From the NCBI RefSeq assembly GCF_009914755.1, contig NC_060934.1: a DNA stretch of 64,000 nucleotides, one strand, 5' to 3'. Position numbers and translations under genes: made by a program. The notes under the pieces are model-generated. The model did no database searches and had not been told where the DNA came from. It saw only the letters and a list, made by a program, of their open reading frames with translations. The stretch's first letter is position 1. Every line of letters starts with the position of its first letter. Of this stretch, positions 26,370 to 39,075 are shown piece by piece. This DNA comes from the human T2T-CHM13v2.0 reference genome, Homo sapiens.

Positions 26370-26595
26370 AAGAATGGTGGCTAAGAGCCTTGGCTCTGTA
26401 TCCAGAATGAGTTCAAATTCCGGCTATTCCACATTAGCTATTTAACCTAGGCCAGAGCACTAAGCCTCTTGCTTCCTCCTCAGTAAACAAAGATGACAGT
26501 CCCTATTCCATAGAGCTTCAGTGAGAATTAAATTAGATAATCTATAAAGAGGCTTAGAATATAGTAAATGCTCAATAAATGTTACCTATTAGTAT
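26370..26595 (+). mobile_element. MIR
   Basis: MIR core and end agtaaatgctcaataaatgttacctatt. Confidence 0.7.
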
Positions 26596-26833
26596 TAGGT
26601 TTTGATATTTAGAAAAGGGCCAGAGTAATAATTATCACGTAACTAGGTTTCATGGGATACAAAGCAAACCTCATAGTCAAACAGTAACTCGGCCCCACCT
26701 TTTATACCTCTCAAACCCAAACCAGGCCCCACTGGAGATCTCCTGGGCTCTTAAGAGGATGTTTCCTAAGGTCCAAGGGTGCCAGCTGGAGCCCAGTCAA
26801 GAAGACCCCACCCCCGCACCCCCAGCTGCTCAC

Positions 26834-26989
26834 TTGCTGTGCTGGAGGTGCTGTCTGTTTTCCAGTCTCCTCGTCTCAGCTCCGTCCTAGGGGGAATGAC
26901 ACTTTTCCTGGGGCCACTCTCATAGACTCCAAACTCCACTTTTGCAGGCAGGTGCTGTGAGTGCCGAATTGGGACCGTGATCTCCAAGT
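26834..26989 (-). CDS. PIK3AP1: PIK3AP1 exon ~14, (D)LEITVPIRH...DSTSSTA(S)
   Basis: TTCCAG|AC acceptor; GCAA|GTGAGC donor; 156 nt, phase 1-1. Confidence 0.94.
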
Positions 26990-28586
26990 CTGGAATTGGA
27001 GGAAAGAGGGATAAGCTGTCAAGATACCAGACTGTCACCTGCCAAGCTGCTCAGCAGCTTCCCTCCACCTGCCTCTCTCACAGGAGCCTGCATGGGAAGG
27101 GGAAGGGGAAGGGAAAAGACGATGGGAGAGGGAGGGGCCCTGGGTTGGTGGCCCCCTCCCCTTCAGCACTGAAACTACTGAATCCTGTGTGGCTGTCACT
27201 GAGAGACTGAAGAGAGGAATAGAATAATGTGAGAAAGGGACAGAGAAGCGCTTCTGCATCAGGGAGTGGAAAGAACAAACCATAAGAGAAAGGTTTGGGC
27301 TCTCAGCCCTGCCACTTAGCATCTGTGGAACTCCAGCAAGACAGTTCTCCTCTCTGAATCACTCCCCTTATCTGAGGAGGGGTATCTCCATCCTTGACTG
27401 TAATAACAGGCTGCCCTATGCACCAAGCAGAGTTCTGAGAGCTATGGTATTTTTCATTCATTTAACCCCCACAACACCCAAGAAATAAATATTATTATCA
27501 TCAATGCCAGCAGAAACTAAGGTACAAAGAAGTGATGTAGCATGTCCTGTCGAACAGTTGGTAAGTGGCAGAGCTGGGATTTGAACCCAGGCTCCGGAGT
27601 CCAGGCTCTTAACCACTGCTTGTACAGCCTCTTGCTCTCTGCACAAGGAACGGATGGTGGGTGGGTGGGTGTGGGCTGGGTGGCCCACACACACAGTAAT
27701 GACCCCGAAAGCTAATGAAAGGAGGTCCTTCAGGCCTATGAAAGATTTTGTGACTTGCAAGGCCCCTGGGGTAAAGAGAGCTGATGCCTTTGTCGAGCAA
27801 AGCACTGACCTGACCTCCTTACTGGCTTAACCCTACCCAGAGGTTGTCTCTGTTCCTCCCTACATTTCCAATGCTGGGTTCTAGGAGCAGAAAACAGTAA
27901 CTCTGATGAGTAGAAAAAAAGTCTGGGGGCAGCAGCACCAACTTCCTCCTGAAGGCAAGATGTGCTCCTGCCTCAAGACTCCCCCGGCTGCCTGGGACCT
28001 TCTCAAGCCCAGGGGCAGGGTTTATACAGCGGTGGCTATACAAACTTGGGTAGAAGAGGTGTTAGCTTTGGGGACGTGTGCTTTTATCTTCTGGTACCAC
28101 TTCCTCCTCCACCTCTACCCTTCTAGGGGACAGGCGTGGCAGGAAGTTCAGAGAGTCCAGGGGCAGAGGTGGCTCCACCTACCAAAGCCAGAAATCTGGC
28201 AGGGTGAATGGATAAACTGGAACAGGATGAAGGAGCAGCGAGAGGACAGGGCACACCAAGTCCCCCAGAACATTCTGCGCAGAGAATGATCAGAGTGGAT
28301 TGTTGGCTTGCACAGGCACCAGCCTTCCTCATCTGGAGACTCCGGCTCCAGGTGTAGTGTATGGTCCAAGTGTCCAACCAGCTTCCTAGGGTTTTGTGTA
28401 ATCCAGGTCTTTTTCACATGCTGGGCCTCTCTTGGCTACAACCATGCCGTGGAAGCACCTACCCCAGCTTGGAGCTACTTGGGCAAAAATAGCCAGGGGC
28501 ACTCACTCTCACATGGGTAGCCCCCACAGTATCTTAGAGACCAAACGAGTGTCAGTCTTTTTTTTTTTCTTCCTGCTCTGACTTAG

Positions 28587-28924
<338 letters not shown>

Positions 28925-30058
28925 TAATTAACTTCGAGGAGGCAATTTTTTAACCTCAACTAGTTCTATAAAGAAGGAAAGTAAAATACACAGGAAAAAA
29001 TAGGGAGTCAAAAGTTCAAAAAATCAGGTAGAACCAGTCCGAATGTTTATAAAATCCTGATATTCTTTGAATAAAGGTACAATGCTAGGAATAGTTATCA
29101 TGATTATATTGCTTAGTGCTTTCCCAAAGTGCATTTATATGCATTATTATACCTCCTTTAAACTTCATGACTTCTCCATTAAGTAGATAAGTCAGGTTAT
29201 AGCCCCCAGTGAGGAAACTGAGGCACAGAGTGGTTAAAGGAATTGGATCATAAAGTGATTCAGTGACAAAGCAGGAATCAGAACCCAAGTTTCCTGGGAC
29301 CCGGTTAGCTCCTCTACGTCCTGCTCCACAGGACACACCCAGAACACAAATATTGATTATCTTCTCTGTGAGGCCATGGCTCTCACCAGCCCTTCTCTAA
29401 TTTCCTACGCCATCAACGCTCTGTACCAGCCCAGTAAGAGCAAACAAACCCCTGGGGTTGGAGAAAAACGGGCAAGTTATTAAGAACAGTCTTAATTTTT
29501 AATTCTCTTTGGCATTCTAACCCAAATTAAAGATTACTATTTTTTCCCTAAGGCAAACGAAGTTCTCAAATGAATAGTCAGTCATTGTGTTTAGAATGGG
29601 TTACATTCTTAGAAAAGATCCTTTAAGCACAAACATTATTCATCAACCCTAATTTTCCTATAATGTTATCGTGTGTCAATAATATGTCATATTTACTCAA
29701 CCATAAATGATGCCTTCTCTTTGGCAAATGCTGCCCTTCAACCTCAGCATGCAGTACAGGGTCCAACTTCTAATTGCCTGAGGCTGTTTCTCGTAGCAGA
29801 ATGATGAGTGCCCCTCCCCAAGCAGGCCTCCATCAAAGGCTGATGGGGGCTGGTGTATAAATGTCCCAGCTGTCTCGTTGCTTAGGTGGGTGTTCTCCAC
29901 TGATTCCTCCCTGTCTCACTTCTCCATCCCCTACCACTTTCCCTGGGATCACCTCCCACACCAGCTATTTGCTCTCAAATCCTTATCAGGGGAGAAAAGT
30001 TCTAGAAATGCAAGTGGTAGTGCTGGCACAACACTGTGAATGTACTTTATGCCACTGA

Positions 30059-30394
<336 letters not shown>

Positions 30395-31929
30395 GAATTA
30401 TGCACTTAAAAATGGTTCAAATGGTAAATTTTATGTTAGGCATATTTTATTACAATAAGTACCACAAACAAGGAGGCCCTTGGGGCTGTCAGGCAGAACG
30501 TTCTCCCATATAGATTGCTTGCCGTCCCCGGTCATTCTTGTTTTGTATCAAATTATATACAGTTTAATCTCTCAATAGTTATGACATTGATTAAAGCCCC
30601 TGATATAAGAAGTACAAATACTTAACACCCCTCTCCCGAAAATATCCTTGTCAGAGGGTCTGCTTCTTGGAGAGTCGGGGATGGGGGCTGGAGATGGGCA
30701 AACTAAGCCATGCTCTTTTGGAAAAATGTAGACACTGACCATTCTAATTTAGACTGTCGCTACTGGTGGGTATAAATCACTTGTTCAGAGCCTGAACAGC
30801 CTTGGGTGAACCTTGCATAATGTTTCAGAACTTGTGATTCATTCTGGATGGCCCTGCCTGAGAGGACCTCAGCTGGTGTGTGGGCCTCTGTGTAATCATG
30901 GGTGTGGACACTTTTAGGAATACTCCCAGGTGCCAGGCACTGTGCTAAGCACTGGTTATACCCCAACTCATTCAATGCTCCCTAATGGGGTGGGCACTTT
31001 CACTTTTACCATTTTGCAAAGCAGGACTGAGGCTCAGGGAGGTGACATATCTCGCCCACAGCTCCCAGCTAGTGAGGGGTGAGCAGTGAGCAGGAATTTG
31101 ACCCCAACCTCGCTGGCCCCAGAGTCCATCCCTGTACCCCTCTACTCCTCTGCATGTGCGTCTGTCCTGCTTCAGTATCTCCAGTGGCACCAGGTGGGGA
31201 GCCCAGATGAGTGGTCAGGATGTGATGAGACCCAGAAGGCTCAGGTCTTGAGCCCAGACGGCTGAGCACATGTGACTCCAACACTAGGACTCCTGGGCCT
31301 TCAAACACTGGGTGCAACGCCAAATCACAGGTTTCTTGATGCTGTCTGTATTTAAAAACCTGAAATGTCTCATTCCATCAAGGCTTCTATCTTTGGGCGC
31401 ATGGACTCTAGTTTTAAAAAGCATCTCATCTCTTTTATCACTGAGACCCCTATTATCTGACCCTAGGATGACTGTGCAGATCTCGAAACAGCTTTTCTGC
31501 CTTCTCTCCTTTCTCTTCCTCTCAACCAGGAGGACAGACAAGTGTGAACTCAGCCACCGGCAGCATAAATTTAAAATCCAGACACCCAAGCAGAAGACAT
31601 AGGATGACCTCTCTGACCTTCTGCGATGGTTAAAACCTCTTAACCCCTCTTCTCCCAAAATCATTAACATTCACTAGGTTAGTACTATCTTCAAAACACT
31701 GTGTTAGGCATGGTGGAACAGACCCTAGTAGGGAAAGCCAGACCTGTGTGAATACAAAGATAAGTGACTCATTAGCTACCAGATGGTGAAGCTAGTGTCT
31801 CATAGGTCTCTGTATTTGGCAGGGTGCCTGGTGCTTGTTAAGTGTGGAATGAATGAGTGGTGTCACCAAATAGTTTCCTGAAACTGACCATTCCAACAAA
31901 GCCTTCTAGAACTCCATCACTGTACTGTT

Positions 31930-32700
31930 CTGCACACTGGGGACTCCACGGAGCACACAGCAGACAAGTTTTTGCCCATGTGGAGCTTCTAGTGGAAGGG
32001 AGATGGGGTGTTGGACCATAACCTTGAGAACAGAAACCAAAGATGATTCCAGTCTGTGATATGTAAAAAGAGAGGATGCCAGGGAACAGAAAGTGAGTCG
32101 TGGAGGGCTACTCTGGAGAGAATGGCAGAGAAGGCCTCTGATGAGGAGATGCTACACTGAACTCTGAAGGATGAAAAGGGCCTGAAGGTGAAGATGTGGG
32201 GAAAGGCAGGGGAATGGCAAGTGCACAGGCCCTGAGGGAGAAATGCTCTTGGCTTGTTAGAGCAATAAATAGGAGTCCAGGGACTGCAGCACAGGGTTTG
32301 GGGGAGAATGGAGGATGAGCTCAGGGGTCAGATCACACAGGGCCTTGTAGGCTGTGAGCAGGAATGTGTGATTTTACCCTGAGTGGGACAGGAGCCCCTG
32401 GAAGGCTTTGATCAAGGGCGTGGCATTATCTGACTTTTAAATTTTTTAAACATCATTGGCTACAATGGGTTAACTATAGAGGGGCAAGAGTGAACATGGG
32501 GAGATGACTGAGTGACTACTCCCTTAGTCTAGGCAAGAGATGATGTGGCTTGGCTGCAGCAGTGCCATAGGAGATGGTTAGAAATGACCAGATTTAGGAT
32601 ACGCTTTGGAGGCAGAACATCTGTGGACTGCTGATGGCTTGGATGAAGGAATGAGGTGATAGCAACCAGAGACAGAAAAAGAGAAGTGCCAGATGAATGG
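31930..32700. mobile_element. L2 fragment
   Basis: ggcagagaaggcctctgatgaggag...ggtcagatcacacagggccttgtaggc...ctaggcaagagatgatgtggcttgg. Confidence 0.7.
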
Positions 32701-33732
32701 AAGGGGTGGGAGGTCCCACATATACTTGAATGAGGAAGGAATACCATGGCCTAGAGTGGTCCAGGAAGGTGTTACTGAGAAGGGGCTGCCAGGGCTGGGT
32801 CTTGCAGCCCAGTAGTTTTCATACAGGTGAGAAAGAAGAGGCATGGCATGAGCAAGGGGTCCACGGCAGGAGAGAATGTCCCATTTGGACACCAGGGTGT
32901 TACCAGCCCAACTAGGTTCATGGGAAGTCAGGCAGCTGATGGCAGCTGGAGAGAGACCGTGGAAGCTGTGCACAAACAGGGCTAGATTTTAACTTGGTTC
33001 TTCATGTAATAGGGCTCATTCAAGATCTGAGTGCCTCTGAAAGCCTTCTCCTGCATGCTCCTCTTGCTATAAGGCTGGCCTCGGTTAATCACAGAGGCCC
33101 ACTATGCCAGAGGCTCTCTGTTGGAAGATGCATTGTGGGTAAACGCCAACTTCTTGCTCAAGGGTGGTGATGCCACATGGCTGGCACAGGGGTAGGCTTA
33201 AGGGGAGCGGGGGCCCAGTCCATAGTGTGCACCACTGGAATTTGTGGCCCTGCTATTGCACCATGGAAGCCCTGCTACACCTGGGGCATGGGCTTCTGAA
33301 GCACTGTATGGTGTGGATGCAGATGACGCCATTGCTCACCAGAATCAGAAATAGACACTGGGTAAATGGGATTTTCTCCTTTCTCTGCTTAAAAAACATA
33401 AGTCCTCCTAATTGCCAAGGGGAGAGTCAGATGTCTGCAGAGGAAGTATCACCATCCTATTTGAGTGAAAAGGTGGAAGCATGCAGAGTTGAATCCACTT
33501 ATTCACTTCCGGGCATGTCTTATGTACCAGGTACCAGATTGTTTACAGAATAAATAAGATATAACCATTGTCCAAAAGGCCTTTACAGTCTAGTGGGGGA
33601 CCCAGATCTGTAAACAGTATGACGAGTGCTGGGCAAGTGGTCTGCCCACTCAGGCCACAGCCAAAAGGAGAGTCAAGGACAACAGATGACAGCAATGTCC
33701 CACACAATGCAGCACCCTAGGAAGCCACATAC

Positions 33733-33805
33733 CTGTCTGCTTTCCTGATTTTTGCTTCTCTCTCTGTCTTCGGGTGATGCTGTCTCTTAGCCGTTTAAGA
33801 TTTTC
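33733..33805 (-). CDS. PIK3AP1: PIK3AP1 exon ~13, ENLKRLRDSITRRQREKQKSGKQT(D)
   Basis: TTTTTCCAG|GAA acceptor; CAG|GTATGT donor; 73 nt, phase 0 to 1. Confidence 0.94.
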
Positions 33806-35325
33806 CTGGAAAAAAATTTGGTTTATTTTTTAAGTGTACAACAGGATGATACCCTCTGGACATGAGAGTTTCTTTCAGATTGTATGCTGTTTGCAGGGTA
33901 TATCACATTGCAGTCACATTTACAACATGCAAATGAGGCTCAGCGCATTCACAGTCAGCCCCCAGAGAAATCCAAATACTCACAGAATCTGTGCCTGAAG
34001 AGAAGACATCTCTTCCACAAGAAAGTGTCTTTCCTCCCCTCTGGTTCTCAGCTCTGTTCTATATGACCCCTCTCATGTATGCCTCTTAGCCCAGCTCACA
34101 AATACTCCACAGGTATTCCTGTCTCTGAGACTGTGTTCTCACATCACTCCCCTGACCTTCATGGATGTTGGTTCTTCTCCATGAGTCTGGATCAAGGCCC
34201 ACTTTCTCCCTGAAGCCTCCCCAGATATGCCAACCATCCAGCACTTGGGCTATGCTGCTCCATCATGTGTGCACACTCTTGTGCCTTGCCTCTTTGAGAT
34301 ACTGTGAGCTCTTCAAGGTCAAGAGACCACGTCGTGTACCTTTCCATAATCCTGCCATCTGGCCCATTGTAGTCATTCAATAAATGTTGAATAGACATGT
34401 AAGGGTCAAGATTGTTGCTATTTTAGTCAATTAACAATAACGCCGAAGTTAAGTGCCTGAGCATTCTAGGGAAAATGTCCAGACAATCTGGCTGGAGCAG
34501 AAGGTTCATGTTGGGGAGTCACAGGAGGCCAAACTGGAAAGGGGGGTTGGTCTGCAGCTGCAGGCTGAAGAGACTCACCTGTGTCCAGGAGACAGCAGGG
34601 AAACACTGAACACTGTGAGCTTGTCATGGATTTAAGGTTCTAGTGAACTAGAGAAGAAGGAACAGAGGCCAGCAGACCTTCCTGGAGACTATGGAGTATG
34701 CCAGATGCAGGCAACAGAAGCTGACATGGGGATGTGGCTGGGGGAATGGAGAGACAGGAGCAGATGCAAGAGGACAAATGCCGCAGAGCAGGACCAAGCA
34801 GGACACACCGCTGACTGGGTGAGCGGAAGCACGGGAGAAGGCCAAAGAGACTCTGAGGTCTGATCTCCCTCTCCTCTGTGATGAGCACAGAGAGGCTGTT
34901 GGGAAAGGAAAGCGGCCTTGAGGGATGGTTTGTTGTTAGACATGCTGTGAGCCTGGGGCACTCAGGGGGACAAAGCCAACTGGGGCTGGAAACATGGAAC
35001 TGGAGACACAGACTGCACAGAGAAGGAGCTGAAGGAAAGCTTCAATGTCCATTGTGAGAGGGTGACGTGAAGGAGACAGAGGAGTGGACAGAGAGGCAGA
35101 GGAAAAGGAAGATGAGGCCTCCACCCAGGAATGTCTCCACACCACCAGCCCCTGAAGGGGAGATGCTCAGGAAGTGGCTAGAGGCTCTCAGGGAACCAAA
35201 CAATGTGAGCCCCCATGAGCTGGGATTCTGCCGTATTAAATATAAACCCGTCGTCTGCTATGCCCAAGAGTTCTGGACCAGCTCATGGGAAGGGAAGAGG
35301 TCTCTTGGATAGAAACACAGAAAGA

Positions 35326-35417
35326 CATGGCACATGTATACCTATGTAAAAAACCTGCACGTTGTGCACATGTACCCTAGAACTTAAAGTATAACAACAA
35401 CAACGATAACAAAAAAA
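35326..35417 (+). mobile_element. Short L1PA 3' end
   Basis: catggcacatgtatacctatgtaaaaaacctgcacgttgtgcacatgtaccctagaacttaaagtataa plus A-rich tail. Confidence 0.85.
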
Positions 35418-36468
35418 CCATACTTGGAAAGGATTTACCTTTCTGCAACAATGGACTGGTACATACAGGATGATGGTAATGATAAGACACGTAAATTATG
35501 TTCCCACTGGAAACCTGCCCTGTCCACCCCTTCTCATTTCCCTTAACCTTATCCTCAAACTACTTTAGCTGAGAAGCTTTCCAGCAGACTGAGTTAGTGG
35601 TGGCTTATACCTATTTATATTTGTATTAATTGCTTACAGATTATACCTCATATTAGCAATTACCTTACACTACAAGAAAATGTAAAAAAAAAAAAAAGAA
35701 AAAAAGAAAGAGAGCTAACATTTATTATGTATTTACTACGTACCAGTTATGCTGCTTACAGTAGCTTATATCACCTAGTCCTCCCCTTTCATATGAGGCA
35801 CAGCAAGGTCAAGGTCATCAAATAGCAGAATAAAGATGTAAATTCAGGCTGCCAGCTCTAGAGCCCTGGCTGTTCTTAACTACTGTGCCACGTGGTTGCA
35901 CAACTTGGCAAGGAGCAAAAAAACATTGTTTAGCCAGGGCCAGCCTTTTCTCAGCAGGACTGCAGCCTCCCAGGGGCTCCTGAGTGAAAAGCACCCGTGA
36001 TTCCTGCATTCAGCTCTCCAGAGTGCCCTCCCACCCTTCAGGCCCCAAAAGGGAGGGAGGCAGCTGGCAGAGCAGGTGCCCCTGTCTTAAGGAGCACTAA
36101 AAAGGCAGAAGGCATAGTGAAGGGAGCACAGGCTCTGGGGTGAGAAAGGGGAGGTTTGAACCTTGACTGCCTCTTCGCCTCTCTGAGCCTCAGTTTTCTG
36201 TAGAACAGGAGGAGTAATACTTATTTCATATGCGTGTATGAGGAGTGAAAGAGATCAGGTCTATTTAACGCTGAGCACAATGCCTAACATAGCACTGTCG
36301 GAGGTCAGCAAATGCGGCCTGATGACATGCTTCCCCACTCTTCACCACTAATCCTGTCCCAGAAGACAGGCTCCTATCTCAGCCCTGGACGGGTGCTGCT
36401 TACTCCCCGCCTTGACAGCTGGTATGTCAGATAGCGTAAGAACAGAGATTAGAATACACACCACCAGG

Positions 36469-36567
36469 GTCTATAGCCATAACACCCTGAACGCGCCCAA
36501 TCCCATCTGATCTCTGAGGGTAAGCAGGGTCGGGCCTGGCTAGTACTTTGAAGGAAGCAGCCTGGGG
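36469..36567 (+). pseudogene. 5S rRNA pseudogene (3'-truncated)
   Basis: gtctatagccataacaccctgaacgcgcccaatcccatctgatctc...taagcagggtcgggcctggctagtactt aligns to 5S rRNA nt 1-~98 with many substitutions. Confidence 0.92.
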
Positions 36568-37444
36568 AGGTGGAGAGAGAAAGCAATAGTTCCAGTCCTG
36601 ACTCGGCCCCTCACTAGGAAAGATGCCTTGGACGTGTCCCTTAACCTCCTGAGCCCCATTTCCTCCTTTTTAATACAAAGGCATTGGTGGACTAAGAATG
36701 AGCTTCCTAAGGTTAAGTTTGAGTTCTTTTTTTGTTTTTAATTATACATCATGTACACTTATGATACAGGTATGGAGTTATATATTCTCATAAAAGCTTC
36801 AAACTATACAGGTAGAGCAAGAGTCTCCTCTGACACCCCAGTCCTCCAATCCCAGTCTTCTCCTGAGAGGTGGCCCCTGGAATGGGCCCGAAGTGGCCGT
36901 TTCCAGATCTTTGTCCTTGCATTTATATACATGTCCATAGAAATACAGAGTTTGTGTGTGGACGTGTCTGAGTTGTTTTAATTTGGGTGGTTTTGTATCT
37001 GCAACTTGTTTTGTTCATTTAATCATATTTCTTGGGAGTTTTCCAAGTTCTCTTTGAGTCATAAAGTGTGATAGTTATGAGGGTATTTGGCAGTAGGAAT
37101 AGAGAGAGAGAGACTCTGAAAAGAAAAAAGCTGGAAAGCAGAAGCAGGGAGCCAAATGCAGAGAGACACAGCAGCAGAGTTAGTGTTTGTAGTTGAGTCT
37201 TTGTTCCTGATCTCAAGCCTCATGGTACCTGGAAAAGCTACCCAGCTCTCAGCCAGGGAGCCACGTGGTTACAGACCGAGGTGACACTCATACACACTCA
37301 CTGGTTCACAATGAAACTCAAACATTCGCAGGCACAGCCACAGGTGTCCAGGTACAGCAATACACAAGACAGCCATGGCCCAGCCCTCCTCTACTGTCAA
37401 GTGGGGAAATAGACATGAAACAAATTCCATACGAAGCTAGTTAC

Positions 37445-37650
37445 CTGCTGGAAACGAAAGGACTCCGATCGTTTCTTCTGGTTGAGCTGCCACTCTTTGA
37501 AGTGGAGCACAGCCTCATCCACGTTGACAATGCCCAGCTTCACCTGCTCCTGGAGGGTGATAAGCTGCCGCTGGCCTGGCGTTTTCATTCCCGCAAAAGG
37601 GTCATATATACTTGACTGGGGCCTGTCCCTCCATGGTCTGACGGGCGGCC
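37445..37650 (-). CDS. PIK3AP1: PIK3AP1 exon ~12, (G)PPVRPWRDR...SESFRFQQ
   Basis: TTCCAG|GG acceptor; CAG|GTAACT donor; 206 nt, phase 1 to 0. Confidence 0.95.
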
Positions 37651-37915
37651 CTGGAAAGGATGGCAAAACTCAGCTTGACAGCTCCCCCACTGGGGACCGC
37701 TCACCAGAAGTGTACGGTTAATGAGGCTGGTCACAGGCTCAAGAGGACTCTTCTCAAAAGAACAATTACATGTGGCCAAGAAGGGGGAGATACAACATAA
37801 AATCAGGGGAGAAGAATGCAGCTAATAATTCCAAGGCCTATCACACTGAAGTAGACAAGGCTGCAACATTTAAGGGAGGTGTGAAATCTGCTGACTCTCC
37901 CAAGTCTTAACTATT

Positions 37916-38823
37916 ATTATTATTTTTAACAGGCTTCATTCATTTCATTTTTCTGGTAAGAAAACCGTACGTTGTAGCCACAGCTGGAACCTGCGTCTTC
38001 TGCTTAGAGACTCTGGTGTGGGTCTTGAGAGATGGTCAGTGAATTCCTGGTAGGGAAACTTGGTGAATACAGTCTCTTTCCAGAGGTCAGGGATCCAGTT
38101 GCTAGCAGTCTTAGAGATGGCATCAAAGGTGGCCCAGGGTGGCAGTGCGGTCCCTGGCCAAGGCGTAGCAGCCATCAGCAGCAGCTTCTTGGGCACAGAG
38201 GCCAAGATGATGCTTAGTGCCCCTGGGGGCAGGGATGAGGCACACACACCAGCACAGAGCCAGTGGCCTGTCACGTTGCAAAGGCTGGTGTGGGGCTTGC
38301 TGATCTTGTTCCCCCTGTAGCCTCTCTGTGCGGGTCCAATGGAGAGCTTGGCTGGGATGATGGCCCGTTGGATGGTAGTGGCTACCCCCTTGGAGTGCTT
38401 AATACCCAGACAACATGGCCATTGTAGTCCTCAAAGGCAACAAACACCTTGAACCTGGTGAAATGGCCAGCATGGGTCAACTTCTGTGCCAGCATAATCT
38501 TCAGAACCCCATTCTTGAGAGACGACCCCAGGAAAAGGTCAATGATCTCAGACACCTTGATGGGCAGAGAGAAGACAGCTCTCCCAGGACTTGATCTTCA
38601 CATCTTTGGCCAGATGGTTTAACTTAGTGATAGGCGTCGACTCCTTGTTCTCAGACTTACCTCTATGAGCTCCAGAGCCTTGGCCCCAGCCACAGCCACA
38701 ACCTTGGCCTGATGTCACTGCCAAAGCCTCCAGGGAGGCCATCGCAGCCTGCCATTCCAGGACCCCCAGGCCCTCCCACTGCATCAGCATCATCCACCAT
38801 TTGGTGTTTTCTTGAAGAAGCAG
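37916..38823 (-). pseudogene. RPS2 (uS5) processed pseudogene
   Basis: Intronless match to RPS2 mRNA from CTTCTT...ACACCAAATGG through [35 protein letters not shown]; frameshifts; A-rich tail; ~16-bp TSD ccaagYcttaaYtatt at 37900-37915 and 38824-38839. Confidence 0.93.
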
Positions 38824-38852
38824 CCAAGCCTTAATTATTGAGACGCCTTTAG

Positions 38853-39075
38853 ACAAGTATTTCTCAACCTTGGCACTATTGACATTTTGGGCCAGGTAAT
38901 TCCTTACTGTGTGGGTGTGTCCTGTGTATTGTAGGATGTTCAGCAGCATCCCTGGCTTCTACCCATTAAATGCTAGCAGCGCCCCCTTCTTGAGTTGTGA
39001 CAACCAAAATTCCCTTATATTGCCAAATGTTCTTTAGGGAGGGGGTACAAAATCACTTCCAATTGAGAACCACTG
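38853..39075 (+). mobile_element. MER20 (hAT-Charlie)
   Basis: tttctcaaccttggcactattgacattttgggcc...ttgagaaccactg. Confidence 0.85.

Noticed and set aside
34640-35310. Purine-rich block with several overlapping short ORFs
   Set aside because: Probably an old degenerate LTR or unique intron sequence; I could not assign a family or find splice or coding support.
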